DNA from: Octopus vulgaris
Lineage: Eukaryota
Assembly: GCA_951406725.2 (NCBI GenBank)
Contig: OX597817.1
Span: 78,120,001 to 78,184,000, forward strand
Reading direction: 5' to 3'
Length of the DNA: 64,000 bases
Shown here: one piece after another, positions 1-12,878 of the stretch
Numbering within the stretch: the first letter of the stretch is position 1
Layout: each line of letters begins with the position of its first letter
Position numbers and translations under genes: made by a program
Notes under the pieces: model-generated
The model's input: only the letters and a program-made list of their open reading frames with translations
Database searches by the model: none
What the model was told of the DNA's origin: nothing

Positions 1-514
1 CTATCTGTAAACAATAGGAAAACGATTTAATTTACATTTGATAGCAAATTGCGGCTCGATTTCTGAATTTTAATGAATCTCCCTATCTATGATGATGAAT
101 AATTGCTGAATTAATAATAATGTTAGAATATTTCAACTCCTTTAATTAGCATTTCTTTACATAGTATGTTTTTATAAGAAAATCTCAAGTTTAGAACTGA
201 TTGATAAACTTTATTCATATTATTTTTACATTTGTGGCTGTAAAATTAATTGTCAACTAAGTCCATTTCTTATAGATTCCTGACTCTGTATTTAATAGCT
301 TTTAGAAGGAGGAGAGCGATCAATGTGAGATTTCACTCTGGAAGTTTTGTAGCCATAAATTCTGAAATCGAAACCCCACCATATACATCTTATATTTTGC
401 ACAACTCATTGAATGAAAATTACCGTATATATCTGATTTTATTATGCTTTACATATATTGTGGTTACAAAGTTTGCTTTGCATCTGTGTGGTGCTAAGTT
501 TGGTCTCACAGCAT

Positions 515-662
515 GGCTGCATGGCACATGGGGCAAGTGGTTTCTGCTATAACTGCTGGCTGACCTATAAGTTGCAAGTGGAAACTGGTAGCCAGAAACT
601 AATAAAAAGCCAGTCCTATGTGTGTATATGTGTGTGTGACTATCTCTCTACTTCTCTCTCTA

Positions 663-723
<61 letters not shown>

Positions 724-738
724 ATCTATCTATCTATC

Positions 739-773
<35 letters not shown>

Positions 774-822
774 TTTTATACGTATGTATATATTTATATA
801 TATATATATAGGTGTGTGTGTG

Positions 823-864
<42 letters not shown>

Positions 865-1008
865 GACAGATAGATAGATAGATAGAGAGAGAGAAGCAGA
901 GAGATAGTCACACACGCATATATACACACACAGGACTGGTTTTATATATATATATATATATATCCTATCGTCCTGTTTTTAGCTTGCTATGCCATGTGGG
1001 CACAGCCT
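515..1008. repeat. Foldback (inverted duplication) around an (ATCT)n/(TA)n/(TG)n microsatellite core
   Basis: ccagtcctatgtgtg..gtgactatctctctacttctctctc (610-665) is the reverse complement of gagagagaagcagagagatagtcacac..cacacaggactgg (885-938). Looser outer arms: ggctgcatggcacatggggcaag / cttgctatgccatgtgggcacagcc. Confidence 0.65.
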
Positions 1009-1124
1009 GAGGATTGTGTGAAGCCACCAGGTATGTTTAAAATGTTGTCTGAGCTGTTTTCATGACATGAAACTAATGGTAGCTCATAAAAATATATATT
1101 GTGCTTATGAAATAATATTATATA

Positions 1125-2270
1125 TATTAGGGTGTTCAGAAAGTCATTTCATTTTAGCAGAAATGATATAAACACAAATATTCAAAGAAACTTATTTCTT
1201 TTCTTTAAAAAAATGTCTGAAAGACTGTTTTCAACTTCCTGTCTGTTTCTGAAAGTTTATCTGAGTAGTTTTAATCAAGAATATAATCGCCATCGTTTTC
1301 AATAAATGCAGTCCAACAGGCAAGTAACTTTTTTATGCCATGTTCAAAAAAACCTATCTCTTTTCCTGAAAAGTTTTTGAAAGACTGTATTCCATTTCCT
1401 CTCTATTTCTGAATGTTTTGCCTCTTATAAAATGTTCTAGTGATTGGAACAGATTGAAATCCATAGAGGCTAAGACAGGTGGGTATGGAATGTGTGGAAG
1501 AACTTATTTTTTCTTGGGTTTATTTTGAAGAATGTGGCTGTACATTGTCATGCTGGAGAATAACACTTTTTCTGTTTACCAAAGCTCGCCACTTTCACTG
1601 GAATTTTTCATTTAAACAATCAAGTTGTTGGCAATAGACATCTGCATTGATGGTTCTTCCATGTTCCAGTAGCTTGCAATGGACGATACCTTTCATGTTC
1701 TATCAAACACGGAACAAGGATTTTTGTGGATGGAGTTCTGGTTTTGGTATTAGCACTGGCCTCTCATTACATGATAAACATTGTCTTTTTCATTTTCTGT
1801 TGAGATACAAAACCCATTTTTCATCACCTGTAACAATGAACTGCAGAAATGACAGATGGTAGAATGGTATATTTGGTTCTTGAGCATAAACTCATGTAAG
1901 ACCCAAATTCTCTCTTTGTATGTTTTTCCAAATTTGCTTGAGATGTTTGTGGATAGTTGAACATGACACATTAAATTCTTTGCACCAGATCTCTGGTGCT
2001 TTGATATGAGTTTCATACAATAGCCTCACTAAATAGGTCGTCATTTAGAGGGGGTTGTCTTGCAGTGCAAGGCTTGTCAGATATGTCACAATCACCTTCT
2101 TTAAACCTTTTACACCACAGCTGGCATGTATGAGCTTTCACTGCATCTGGATACACTTCACAAATGTTTTCCATTGCTGTACAGATAACGTTGATCTGAT
2201 AGAGAGAGTGAGCTTATGTCTATACAAACATTTGATCACTATAAACAAATCATCTGTGTGGTTGTTTGGT
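1125..2270 (-). mobile_element. Degenerate mariner (DD34D-type) transposase remnant
   Basis: The minus strand gives mariner-like fragments IVTGDEKWVLY (~1795-1835), LQHDN (~1545-1560) and a P-Y-P-P-V-L-A-S-M-D-F-N-L-F variant of PYSPDLAPSDFHLF (~1445-1490), with stops and frameshifts. Confidence 0.8.
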
Positions 2271-2342
2271 AAGAAATTGCCGAACCCTTATACATCATCT
2301 AACGATGAGAGAGTCCTTCATATACATATATACATACATACA

Positions 2343-2415
<73 letters not shown>

Positions 2416-2729
2416 TGAAGTTTTAATGAGGCCATAAGGTGATACACATGTGCTCAACTATGAATGCATTTCGCATCTTATAGAAGTAACAGCTGTAACC
2501 TACAGGCGGTGCTCCAGCATGGCCACAGTCACAATGACTGAAACAAGTAAAAGAGTAAAAGAGTAAAGAGTAACCTAATGAAATTCATTACATAATTCCT
2601 TGTTCCATTGTCTCTTATTGCACTCTGTACTTGACTAATGCTTTTCTCTGAGGCAGGCATATGTATATTGACTTCTAACACCAGGTTATTAGCACTGCAA
2701 TGTTTAAGCAAAATATATATATATGCATA

Positions 2730-3900
2730 TGTGTGTGTGTGTAGGCTTGGCCATATTTATGCATATACAACACAAAAGCAAATGCAAGTACAAAAAGATG
2801 CATTCTATTTGCTTGCTTCGTAGATTATGGCAAGGCGTTTTACCATTTATACGACAAGGAGCTCGTCACCGCTTTAGGAAAAGCTGGCTTAGAAGGAAAG
2901 GGCATCAGAATCATTTGAGTGTTATACTGGAACAAAACAGTAGCCATTAAAATAGAGCAAGAATTGTCAGAACAAGCAGAGATCAAAAGAGGTATAAGAC
3001 AGGGAGGTGTGTTATCACTATACCTACTTAATACATATAGTAAGAACATATTCATAGAGTCAGATGAAACCAAATGACTCACAGTCAATGGAGCGAACAT
3101 AAACAATATATGTTGATAATAACAGTATTACTGACAAATAGCAATGAGAAACTACAAGAAATTTTTGATGCTGCAAAAGAGCAAAGTGATAGGAAAGGCC
3201 TAAAAGTGAATGGAAAACAAAGAAAATGGTTAATAGTATAGTATGATAAAGCAAAAATGTAAATGGACAGAAGCTTGAATGAGTAAAACTCTTGAAGTAT
3301 TTTGGAGAAATAATAAAGAAGGTTACAGTGAAGAAGTTACTCAGAGGAAAAAAATACGTCTAAATAATATGTATAAGGAAAAAAAATGATCTCCACTTCA
3401 AAAGACATAACACTATATCTCAAACTGTTAAACTGCACCTAAAATTTTTAATCCAAAGTTGTTAAACTGTCAAACCATTAAATTGCATCTAAAACTGTTA
3501 AAATGTTGAACTAAAACTGTTAAACTGTCAAACTGTTAAACTGCACCAAAAATTTTAAACTATAACTGTTAAACAGTTAACCATGCATCTGAAGCTGTTA
3601 AACTGCAACTGTTAAAATTGTCAAGCTGTTAAAGTGCATCTAAAACCATTAAACTTTGAAATTGCATCTAGAAGTGTTAAACTAAGACTGTTAAACTGTT
3701 AAACTGCATGTAAAAACTGTTAAATTAAAACTGTCAAACTAAAACTGTTAAACTGTTAAACTGCATCTAAAACCTATATCATACCAATTGTCATCTCTGG
3801 GGCTGAAATTTGGACAATGTACACAGCAATGGAGTAAAAAAACAGAAGTCTTTCAAATGTGGATTTTTGGTAGATTGAGAATTAGGGTAACAAATGCTAG
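2730..3900 (+). mobile_element. RTE-clade LINE reverse transcriptase remnant, interrupted by a minisatellite
   Basis: Fragments CFVDYGKAF, IKRGIRQGGVLSLYLLNTYS, VNGANINNI and downstream FQMWIFGRLRI match RTE-type RT/thumb motifs; frameshifted. Confidence 0.75.
3420..3772. repeat. Degenerate minisatellite of AAACTGTT / AAACTGCATCT units
   Basis: Dozens of adjacent aaactgtt/aaactgtc/aaactgcatcta units are directly visible. Confidence 0.9.
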
Positions 3901-3974
3901 CGGACAAGAAAAGCTGAAAGTTCAAAGATACATATTGTTGGGAATCAGATTTCTTACTACACAGGAACCTATAC

Positions 3975-4500
3975 ATTATAGAGAGAAAAATATCTTAGCT
4001 TCAGTAGGTATTCATGAGCCATACTTTTAGAAACTTCCAACTCCTCTGCGAGTTCTCTTGTCATGATATTTGAGTTTTCTTTGATTTTTGTCTTCAAAAC
4101 ATCTTCATCCATTTTCGAAGGTTTTTCCATTGTGACTGTCATTTTATAAGCTAAACTCTCCGGCTTTAAATTTTGCAAACCATCTTTGAACAGTTGATTC
4201 ACCTACAGCATCATCACCATAAACTTCACAAATATTTTTGCAAGTTTTTGCAGCATTTTATCCTTTTTCAAAAGAGAAGAGCATTACGATGCGAATATGA
4301 AATTTTTGGTTATCCATTTCAAATGTCAATAAAGGGTAACCGGAATGGAAGATAAATCTATTTTTAGTCAGGAACAAAGAAGAGATGCGCTACCACTTCA
4401 AGCAAGGCCAAAATTTTAACTGTGTTACAATTGAGGTTTGTTCAAGGAAACGTTAAAAGATTTAGCTTAAAAACGCTCAAGACTTTCTGGACAACCTAAT
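3975..4500 (-). mobile_element. Mariner 5' remnant (N-terminal HTH region and terminal repeat)
   Basis: ORF 3969-4202(-) DEDVLKTKIKENSNIMTRELAEELEVSKSMAHEYL is a typical second mariner HTH; the end gactttctggacaacctaata is TIR-like. Confidence 0.75.
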
Positions 4501-4533
4501 ATATAATTATGCATGTATGTATATATAGGTGTG

Positions 4534-4567
<34 letters not shown>

Positions 4568-4944
4568 TGTATGTATGTATGTATGTATGTATGTATGTAT
4601 GTATGTATAGGTGTGTATGTTTCTGAATGTCATTTGATTCAGATGTTCATATTGAAACTACTTCGGCATAAAATGACTTATTTACATTTTCTGGGATGCA
4701 GAAGTCCTGCAATTTCACTGAATTTGTAGTGTTTGACTTGCAAGAACCAGTGAAATGAAAATATCTTAGTTGGAGAACAGATAAGTATTGGCAACAGGAA
4801 GGGCATGCAACCATAGAAAATCTACTTCAACAAGTTTTGTGAAACCATTGCCAATATGGAAAAATGGGCATAAAAGCAATGGTATTAATGCTGATCACAC
4901 ACACACACACACGCACACATACACAATATTTCCAAGTTGTTGAC

Positions 4945-5192
4945 ATAGCCATACCAAAATGGCATAAATATATTAAGTAAAGAATACTCCAAATTGAAAG
5001 TGGAGATGGCAAGACTGTTTGGAATGTGGGGGAGTAATGTAAAAGTGATACCAGTAATTAGGGGCACCAGGGTCAATCCCATTGAAACTTCAAGACTTGT
5101 GAAAGTATTAGAGAATGCCATGTAAGATTGGTGTCATATAAGAATCAGCCTTGCTAGGCGGTACTGTGCACATCTTAACGAAACTGTTATGA
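4945..5192 (+). mobile_element. 3' end of an REL-endonuclease (R4/NeSL-like) LINE, decayed
   Basis: KEYSKLKVEMARL..W..VKVIPVI.G and a downstream ESALLG..HIL..L-like terminus, typical of REL LINE C-termini. Confidence 0.55.
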
Positions 5193-5429
5193 AAGTATGT
5201 GGCCTAGTCATTCAGGTATTGTACTCGCAATCACCAGATTGTGAGTTCAGTTCCTGAACTGGGTGGTGTGTTGTGTTCTTGGGTAAAGCAATGTCATTTC
5301 ACATTGTTATTCCCTTTGAATTCATCTAGTGCTGTGTAGGGACCAGCATGTCAAAGAATAGACCCAGTGTTTCTTCTGCATGTTGTAAAAGGTGACTAAA
5401 AGAAGTTAGCACACTGGTCGAAATGCTTA

Positions 5430-5512
5430 GCATGATGGACCGTGAAGTCTGGCGTAGCATGGTAAATTCCATTGTCTCGACCACGGTCGAACAATGATGA
5501 TGATGATGATGA
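5430..5512 (+). mobile_element. Extreme 3' end of an RTE-type LINE with (GAT)n tail
   Basis: Encodes MMDREVWRSMVNSIVSTTVEQ* (DR..WR motif of RTE C-termini), followed by (gat)n. Confidence 0.6.
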
Positions 5513-5782
5513 CCCTTATTCAGGGATCTTTTGAGTGGGATGGGCTACTCAACCTGAAGAAAATTCTAAGTGGGCCCCCACCTACAGGGTCATGCATTGT
5601 TTATCTTGATGTGAGATCACCATGTCGTGCATATATGGTTGTGATGCAAATGCCTGGTGTACCCTATCAGATGGGTAGTCATGATGGGTGTATTGTGCTT
5701 CACACATTTTACCTCAGTGTTATTTTGATGGCATGCACTGCTCTCTCACTGAATGATAATAATAATGATAATGATAATAATA

Positions 5783-5851
<69 letters not shown>

Positions 5852-6566
5852 TTTTCTACTATAGGCACAAGGCATGAAACTTTTTGTTTCAAAATTTGAC
5901 AAAATTTTGTTTCATAATTCGGCAAAAGTAGCATTTTTGAGGGTCATGGGTACGTCAATTGCATCAACATTAGGGGATTGCTGGTGCTATATTTTATTGA
6001 ATCCTGAAAGAATGAATAGCAAAGCTGACCTTGGTAGAATGGTAGAATTATCACAAAGAAAAATTTTCAATGTTCTAACAAATCTGACATTCCCCCCCAC
6101 CCAAAAAAAAAGAAATACAATAATATAAAGAAGAGAATTTCATTAAGAACTTCAAAACATCCTTTTTGCTACCTTATGAGAAAAGAAAAAAAAATTTAAC
6201 AAAAAAAAATAAAAAATAATAAAAAATAATAAAAAATAAATGTATATTAATTCCAAATTAAAAACGGAAATTTAATTCCGCATAATGCAAGAAATATGAA
6301 ACTTTAATCTACCAATGACTGGGTCGTTTTGCTTACATGAATCAGAGAAAACAGATACGCACATATACACACACAACTACACAATCACATATACATACAT
6401 GCAAATAAATATACACACACACACACACGCACGCACAATGTGATTGATTTAGTCTTCTAATATTTTTTTTGAGCTTGTTCTATTTCATAATGTTAACTCT
6501 CGCTATTATTATTATTATTTTTTTTTTTATTATTATTATAGCTGTTATTATTATTATTATTATTAC

Positions 6567-6614
<48 letters not shown>

Positions 6615-6889
6615 CATTTCTGTGTGTCATTTGAAGTGTTATCATATTTATCTGGTTGATTCAGCTTTCAGCTATTTATTATCTAGCAAGATTTTTCTTT
6701 CATTATCTCCAAGAGGAAGACACGTGACTACCTGTATGTACATTGCTATAAAACCACACATGTATACATATAGTTGCATATGCATGAAATGCTCAACATA
6801 TATATGTGCATGTATATTCCTAAGCACATATACATTTAAATGACAAGCTAAAATATATGATATCATATAATATATACATATATATATGT

Positions 6890-7485
6890 GTGCAGGAGTA
6901 GTTGTGTGGTAAGTAGCTTGTTTACCAAACGCATGGTTCCGGGTTCAGTCCCATGGCATGGCACCTTGGGCAAGTGTTTCGTACTAAAGCTTTGAGTGGA
7001 TTTGGTAGACGGAAACTGAAAGAAGTCTGTTCTATATATATATATATGTATATACATATACATGTTTGTGCATCTGTGTTTGTCCCTCCATCATCTCTTG
7101 ACAACCGATGTTGGTGTGTTTACATCCCTGTAACCTATTGGTTCAGCAACAGAGACTAATGAATAAGTACAAGGCAGTGAGCTGACAGAAATGTTAGCAC
7201 ACTGGATGAAATGCTTAGCAGTATTTCATCTGCCGCAACGTTCTGAGTTCAAATTCCACCAAGGTCGACTGCCTTCCATCCTTTTGGGGTTGATTAAATA
7301 AGTACTAGTTATGCAATTGGGTCGATATAATCGACTTAATCTGCTTGTCTGTCCTTGTAAAGAAATAAGAATAAGTACTACGCTTAAAAAGAATAAGTCC
7401 TGGAGTTAATTTTTTTCAAATAAAAGGTAGTGCTCCAGCAGGCCTGCAGTCAAATCACTGAAATAAATAAAAGAATAAAAGAATA
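6890..7485 (+). mobile_element. tRNA-derived SINE family A with a nested family-B SINE (~7172-7370)
   Basis: Head gcaggagtagttgtgtggtaagtagcttg..ggttccgggttcagtccc, internal (TA)n, tail gtgctccagca..gtcaaatcactgaaa(taaaagaa)n; the family-B insert is flanked by a duplicated gaataagtac. Confidence 0.85.
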
Positions 7486-7499
7486 AGAAAATATATACT

Positions 7500-7558
<59 letters not shown>

Positions 7559-7621
7559 CCAGGAATTGGTTATCCAAGGCAGTCAGAAGGCTGGGGTCCG
7601 TGTGAGCGTGCAGTATATAAA

Positions 7622-7806
7622 TTTAATCCAAACATGAAAACACAACAATGCGAGGACGTCGAACAAGTATAGTGTTATTGGACGCTCAGGAAAGAAGGAG
7701 GGTTTAACGTTTCAAGTGGGGCTCTTCGTCAGAAACATAGGAAAAGGAAAGATCCGAAGAAGGGAAGACGGAGGTAAAAAATCGCCAACGGTACACACGC
7801 GGTCAG
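7622..7806 (-). mobile_element. HHR-bearing ~190-bp non-coding repeat, family H1 copy 1 (Penelope pLTR/retrozyme-like)
   Basis: Homologous to 33494-33695 and 42178-42390. Minus strand 7736-7702 reads GTTT-CTGACGA-A-GAGC-ccc-ACTT-GAAACGTT-AAAC. Confidence 0.7.
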
Positions 7807-7860
7807 ATATATATATGTTGGTGTATATATATATATGTTGGTGTATATATATATATATAT

Positions 7861-7927
7861 AATTTTTATAAAGATTTTATCCTATTTTAAAATTATATAT
7901 ATATATAGATATACATATATATATGTA

Positions 7928-8012
<85 letters not shown>

Positions 8013-8066
8013 GTATATCTATATATATATATAATTTTAAAATAGGATAAAATCTTTATAAAAATT
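7861..8066. repeat. Perfect ~37-bp inverted repeats enclosing a (TA)n tract
   Basis: aatttttataaagattttatcctattttaaaattata (7861-7897) vs tataattttaaaataggataaaatctttataaaaatt (8030-8066). Confidence 0.9.
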
Positions 8067-8556
8067 TATCAAGTAGTCAGCGTGAAAAAACCTCACAAGG
8101 GAAAAAATTATTAATTATTCCCTTTAAATATATTTATTTATATTAAGGGCATTACTATACATAAATGCCTCATGCTACGAGGGACTCTTAAAGTCAAAAC
8201 CTTAATGCCCTTAATATATATATACATATATTGTCATTATTGTTGTTATTATTGTCAATTAGTACCACATCAGTGCCTACATGTATTCAAGAGCTTTCCA
8301 GATGTTACAGTGATATCTCATATATGTAGGACTACATGTTTCAGGATGTTTATACCTTGTTAAGTTAGCAAGTTAGCAAGATAGGATCTGAAGTATTTTG
8401 ACTACTGTTTCTAGAAGAATACGTGATGACAGATGTATCTCAATTTTATCTGCATGACTGCCTATATGTGTAAAGAAACATATGTGTGTGTGTGTCTATA
8501 TATGCATGTATATATATCTATATCTATTCATTTATATATATACATATATATATATA

Positions 8557-8718
8557 GGTGTAGGAGTGGCTGTGTGGTAAGTAGCTTGCTTACAAACCAC
8601 ATAGTTCTGGGTTCAGTCCCACTGTGTGGTACCTTGGGCAAGTGTCTTCTACTATAGCCTCGGGCTGACCAATGCCTTCTTAGTGGGTTTGGTAGACAGA
8701 AACTGAAAGAAACCTGTC

Positions 8719-8764
<46 letters not shown>

Positions 8765-8852
8765 GTGTATGTATGTATGTGTGTATATGTTTGTGTGTCT
8801 GTATTTGTCCCCCCAACATCACTTGACAACCGATGCTGGTATGTTTACGTCC
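8557..8852 (+). mobile_element. SINE family A, 3'-truncated
   Basis: Same head and body as 51366-51758. Confidence 0.85.
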
Positions 8853-9529
8853 ATGTATATATATATAGATATATATATATACATACTCTAAGGTGGGTTT
8901 CTTTCATTTCTATCTACCAAATTCACTCACAAGTCTTTGGTTGACCCAGGTCCTAAGGTGGGGCTTCGTGGAACTGAACCCAGAATGACATATTTGGGAA
9001 GTAAGTTTCTTAGTCATACAGCCAAGCCTGAGGCTACACACATACACATGCATTATGTATGAATGTGTATATATATATATGTGTGTGTGCATGTGTGTGT
9101 GTGAAAGTATGTGCATGTGTAACCTCATGCTGTGATTGGTGTTAGGATGGGCATCCAGCCATGAAATATTTATTTCACTTAAGCATACTGTGGTAGTCAC
9201 AATATTAGCACAGCTGTGTAAGGTTGGCAGAGTGACAGTTTTGCCTATACAGATGGCAGTAACCTAGGCAACCATGGATAAAAGACAGATATTTACTGAA
9301 ATATTGAAATAAAGTGTTTGACAGTGCTCTCATCATACTATACATCATCACATACCCACATTTATACACACAATTATGTATATATATTATGTATTACATA
9401 TAGTATACACACATACACACACATACATATGTATATTAACATATATATTTAGATGCTTCTATCTAATACATTTATATGCACATGTGCCTACATATATACA
9501 TATATCTATGTATGTATCTATCTGTACAT

Positions 9530-10275
9530 ACATGTATCACTGGGAAATTTTTTGCCACTTTGGACAAATGTTTCCTTAAATGTAATAGTTACCATGCTAT
9601 TTTTAATCAGCACACCGTGAAATTATCCTATGCTAACTCTACTAATTTAGGACCGTATATACACTGCATAAACAATAGTAAAATGCAACAATTGTTCAAT
9701 AACCCACCTACTGGATCTAGCAAAAATATACATTTAAATACCAATGAAGGAGATGTAAACAACAATGAAAAGCACCAAATATGGCCAAATTGTGATAGAA
9801 ATGATTACGATATAGCTTACATGGTAACAATGTTGGAAAATGAAGTCAGAACTACCATATTTACAAATAAATGTAATAAATGTTCATGCAGAGAAAAATC
9901 AAAATGTCCATTGATGAACCTCTGTATGAGTACAAATCTTGTATATAAATGTAACATGCACAATGGGAGGGTCATATCTTTACATTGGGCAGATGGCTGA
10001 TTCATTCAAGAATCGTTATTGCAACCATGTTGTCAGCTTCAAGAGAATCAATAAGAGACATTCGACATCTTTGGCTGATTTTGTGTGGCGACTGAAGGAA
10101 GATGGAATTAAGTATAACATAACTTGGTCCATAGCAAGGCATGCAAAACTATATACTATCTTTTCCAGGAGTTGCCAACTCTGCTCTCAGGAATCCCTGC
10201 CTATTCTTTGGACAAATGAGATCATTAATAGAATTTTTGAAAAATTCTCAAGATGCCTACATGCATAAAAATGTA
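9530..10275 (+). mobile_element. Penelope-like element remnant: RT thumb, Cys-rich linker and GIY-YIG endonuclease (frameshifted)
   Basis: IFNQHTVKLSY, CSCREKSKCPLMNLC..NLVYKC, then in another frame YIGQ...FKNRYCNH..SF, STSLADFVWRLK, ITWSI, CQLCSQE, SRCLH: hallmark PLE GIY-YIG motifs. Confidence 0.9.
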
Positions 10276-10696
10276 CTTTTGCACAATGCAGTTTGTTCCC
10301 ACTGCATTGTTCCCACTGCATTACTTTAAAGTATGGATGAATTAAGTTTAGCTTTAACCTCCCTATTCTTATGAACATCAAGTAGTTTTTTTAACTTGCT
10401 ATATGAATGTAAGTGCACCAAACCACATGCGTGTGTATGCTTACATCTTCATGGATGCTTGTATGAGCAAGTGTGCATGTGCCACACAACTTACATGAGG
10501 GCGTTTATACATCCATATCCATTAACAGTTATTTTTAATACCTTTCTTGCTGTATTGCATGTTCATTTCTTTTTTGCATCTGCTATTTTATTATTGATCT
10601 TGTACATAAATGAAGATATATCTTTTAATTTGCTGCTGAGAACTGAGAAGATATATTGCAGAACTGTTACTTTAATGAGTTATATCTATTTATCAC

Positions 10697-10740
10697 CCGA
10701 AGAGAAACATCTGCACTGTCAGATGCTTCTGAGCCAGTCT
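10697..10740 (+). ncRNA. Degenerate hammerhead-like motif 3' of the Penelope ORF (putative pLTR)
   Basis: CCGAAGA-GAAACATCTG-cactgt-CAGATGCTTC-tGAGC..GTC: 9/10-bp stem II with mutated CUGANGA and GAAA boxes. Confidence 0.4.
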
Positions 10741-10844
10741 TTAAATATCCTACCCATGAGGAATTTATGCTAGATGTGTCAAAACAATTGTAGTGATTAA
10801 TAAAAATTCTTGTATCTTCCATCTTCCATCTTTCATTTACCATA

Positions 10845-10925
<81 letters not shown>

Positions 10926-11002
10926 GAATATATAAATAGATAGATAGATGTGTGTGTGTGTGTGTGTGTGTACATAGACACAGACACACACACACACACA
11001 TA

Positions 11003-11200
11003 CAGGGTTTCAGATCTTTCAACATCAGAACTCATTGCCCAAATGATCCAGCTGGGGTTGATCAATTCTCAGCTTGCACCCCCTGTAGCAGCAAAGCATC
11101 AGTCTGTTCCCTTCATCCTAAACCAGCTAGTGGCCTTCTCTGCAGCTTCAGTTATGGAATTTACAGCCTTCCTCTTTGCTGCACCAGTTAGAGCTTTGCA
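11003..11200 (-). mobile_element. 3' end of a HERO-like (REL endonuclease) LINE
   Basis: TGAAKRKAVNSITEAAEKATSWFRMK followed by gatcaaccccagctgg..ctgatgttgaaagatctgaaac, resembling the HERO-type C-terminus and 3' UTR as I recall them. Confidence 0.65.
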
Positions 11201-11439
11201 GGCCATGAAAGATTCTGTGAATATGAGTAAGGCTACAATGAAAGGGACAGCCCTGCACAATAGGAATATCAAGCAATCACCTAGGATACTAGCTAAAATC
11301 TGAGGGTACTGCACAACATTACACAAGGTTTGCCTGAAAAGTTTATAGGCTGACCAAGACGCTCTCATAGAATGTAACCAAATGAGGTTTATTTTTCTAC
11401 ATAGTAGCTCTTGCAGTCCCCAGATTTCTTCCATTAATG

Positions 11440-12878
11440 TTGCAGTGCTTGGATCCCATTGGTGAAGAAGCTTTCATCTTGTTGGCCAACAGAAGATAAT
11501 AAAATGGGGCCAAATCAGAACAGGGAGGCTGATCAGCCAGTTGAAAATCACAGTCACACACAACATTGAAACCAAAGAGTTTTGTGCTGCAGCATTGTAC
11601 TGATTAAATAAGACACCTTTCATTAGTTTTCCTGGGCATTTGTTCTTGATAGCTTTTATAACTGTCTCAGCAAGTTGCCTTAGTAATCTCCACTGATGTT
11701 GTAACCCTTCTGAGGATAGTCAATGAAGACAATGCCTTTTGCATCCTACAAAACTGAGGCCATCTCTTCTGCAGATGAAACAATCTTGGCCTTCTTTGGA
11801 GTAGGTGAGGAGGGATATTTGCACTGCATGGATTGTCACTTTGTCTCTGGCTCAAAGTGATGAACCCAACACTCATCCTGAGTTTGGAAACGTTCAAAGA
11901 AACCAACTGGGTCTGCCTCAAATAATGTCAGATTTTCTCGTGATGTAATCAGCCTGGTGCACTTTTGTTCAGATTTCAGTAAATTTGACACCCACTGAGC
12001 GGAAACTTCCATCATGCCAAGTTCCTTGTGCACAATATTCTCTACTCTCTCACAGGTGATGCTATTAGCATTGGCTATTTGATTTATAGTCAATCAGCTA
12101 TCATCCATCAGCCTGTGGTGAACACGATCAATGTTTGCCTTGATGGTGGTAGTTGCAGGGCATCTGGACCTTGGGTCATCTTCAAGAATCTCTGCTCCCC
12201 TCCTAAATTCAGCTGCCCACTTTTGCACTGTTGATAAAGTTGTAGCGACATCCCCTAATGTAGCAAGTATATCAGCTTGAATGCCCTTGGGGGCTAAACC
12301 ACTTTTCTTCAGGTACTTGCTAACACCACAATGCCAAACCTTGTACACTTTCAAGGGAAGTTACTATTGGTTACTTGTGAAGTCCTCTTTGAACATTCAA
12401 ATATTTCTGGAAAGAAACAATGAGAAGACCCCCTTCGGTCATGAATGACCATAGGATTGCACCTAGAAAGTTACCCTCCCAGGCACAAGTCTGGGCAAGG
12501 TTGTTTATAGAAGGCCAGCAGTTGCCCATGCATACCAGCCTCCCCTCTCCACACCACTGATATTATCCAAAGGAAAGGTAAAGGCTGATACAGCTTGGCA
12601 CCAGTGACGTAGCAACTCATTTCTACAGCTGAGTTAACTGGAGCAACATGAAATAAAGTGTCTTGTTCAAGAACACAACATGCAGCCAGGTCCAGCAATC
12701 GAACTCACAGCCTCACATTCGTAAGCTTGATGCTCTAACCACTGAGCCATGTGCCTTAAAAAAAAAAGAACAATACAGTTATTAATAAGAAGTTTTGAAA
12801 TTAATTCATGCAAGATTTCACAGCTCTAGCATCCTTCCTTCAGAGTCAACCTATAAATTTTTTAGTCCACCCTTGCAA
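11440..12878 (-). mobile_element. Degenerate mariner transposon interrupted by a family-C SINE
   Basis: TVQKWAAEFRRG..LEDDPRS.CP, IVHKELGM..VSAQWV, TQDECWVHHFEPETK; TIR-like aatttttagtccacccttgca at ~12856-12877. Confidence 0.9.
12425..12757 (-). mobile_element. tRNA-derived SINE family C
   Basis: Reverse complement of 52099-52431. Confidence 0.85.

Noticed and set aside
11099-11434. Host-gene exon (111-aa ORF)
   Set aside because: Its C-terminal half matches an REL-LINE terminus followed by the LINE 3' UTR.
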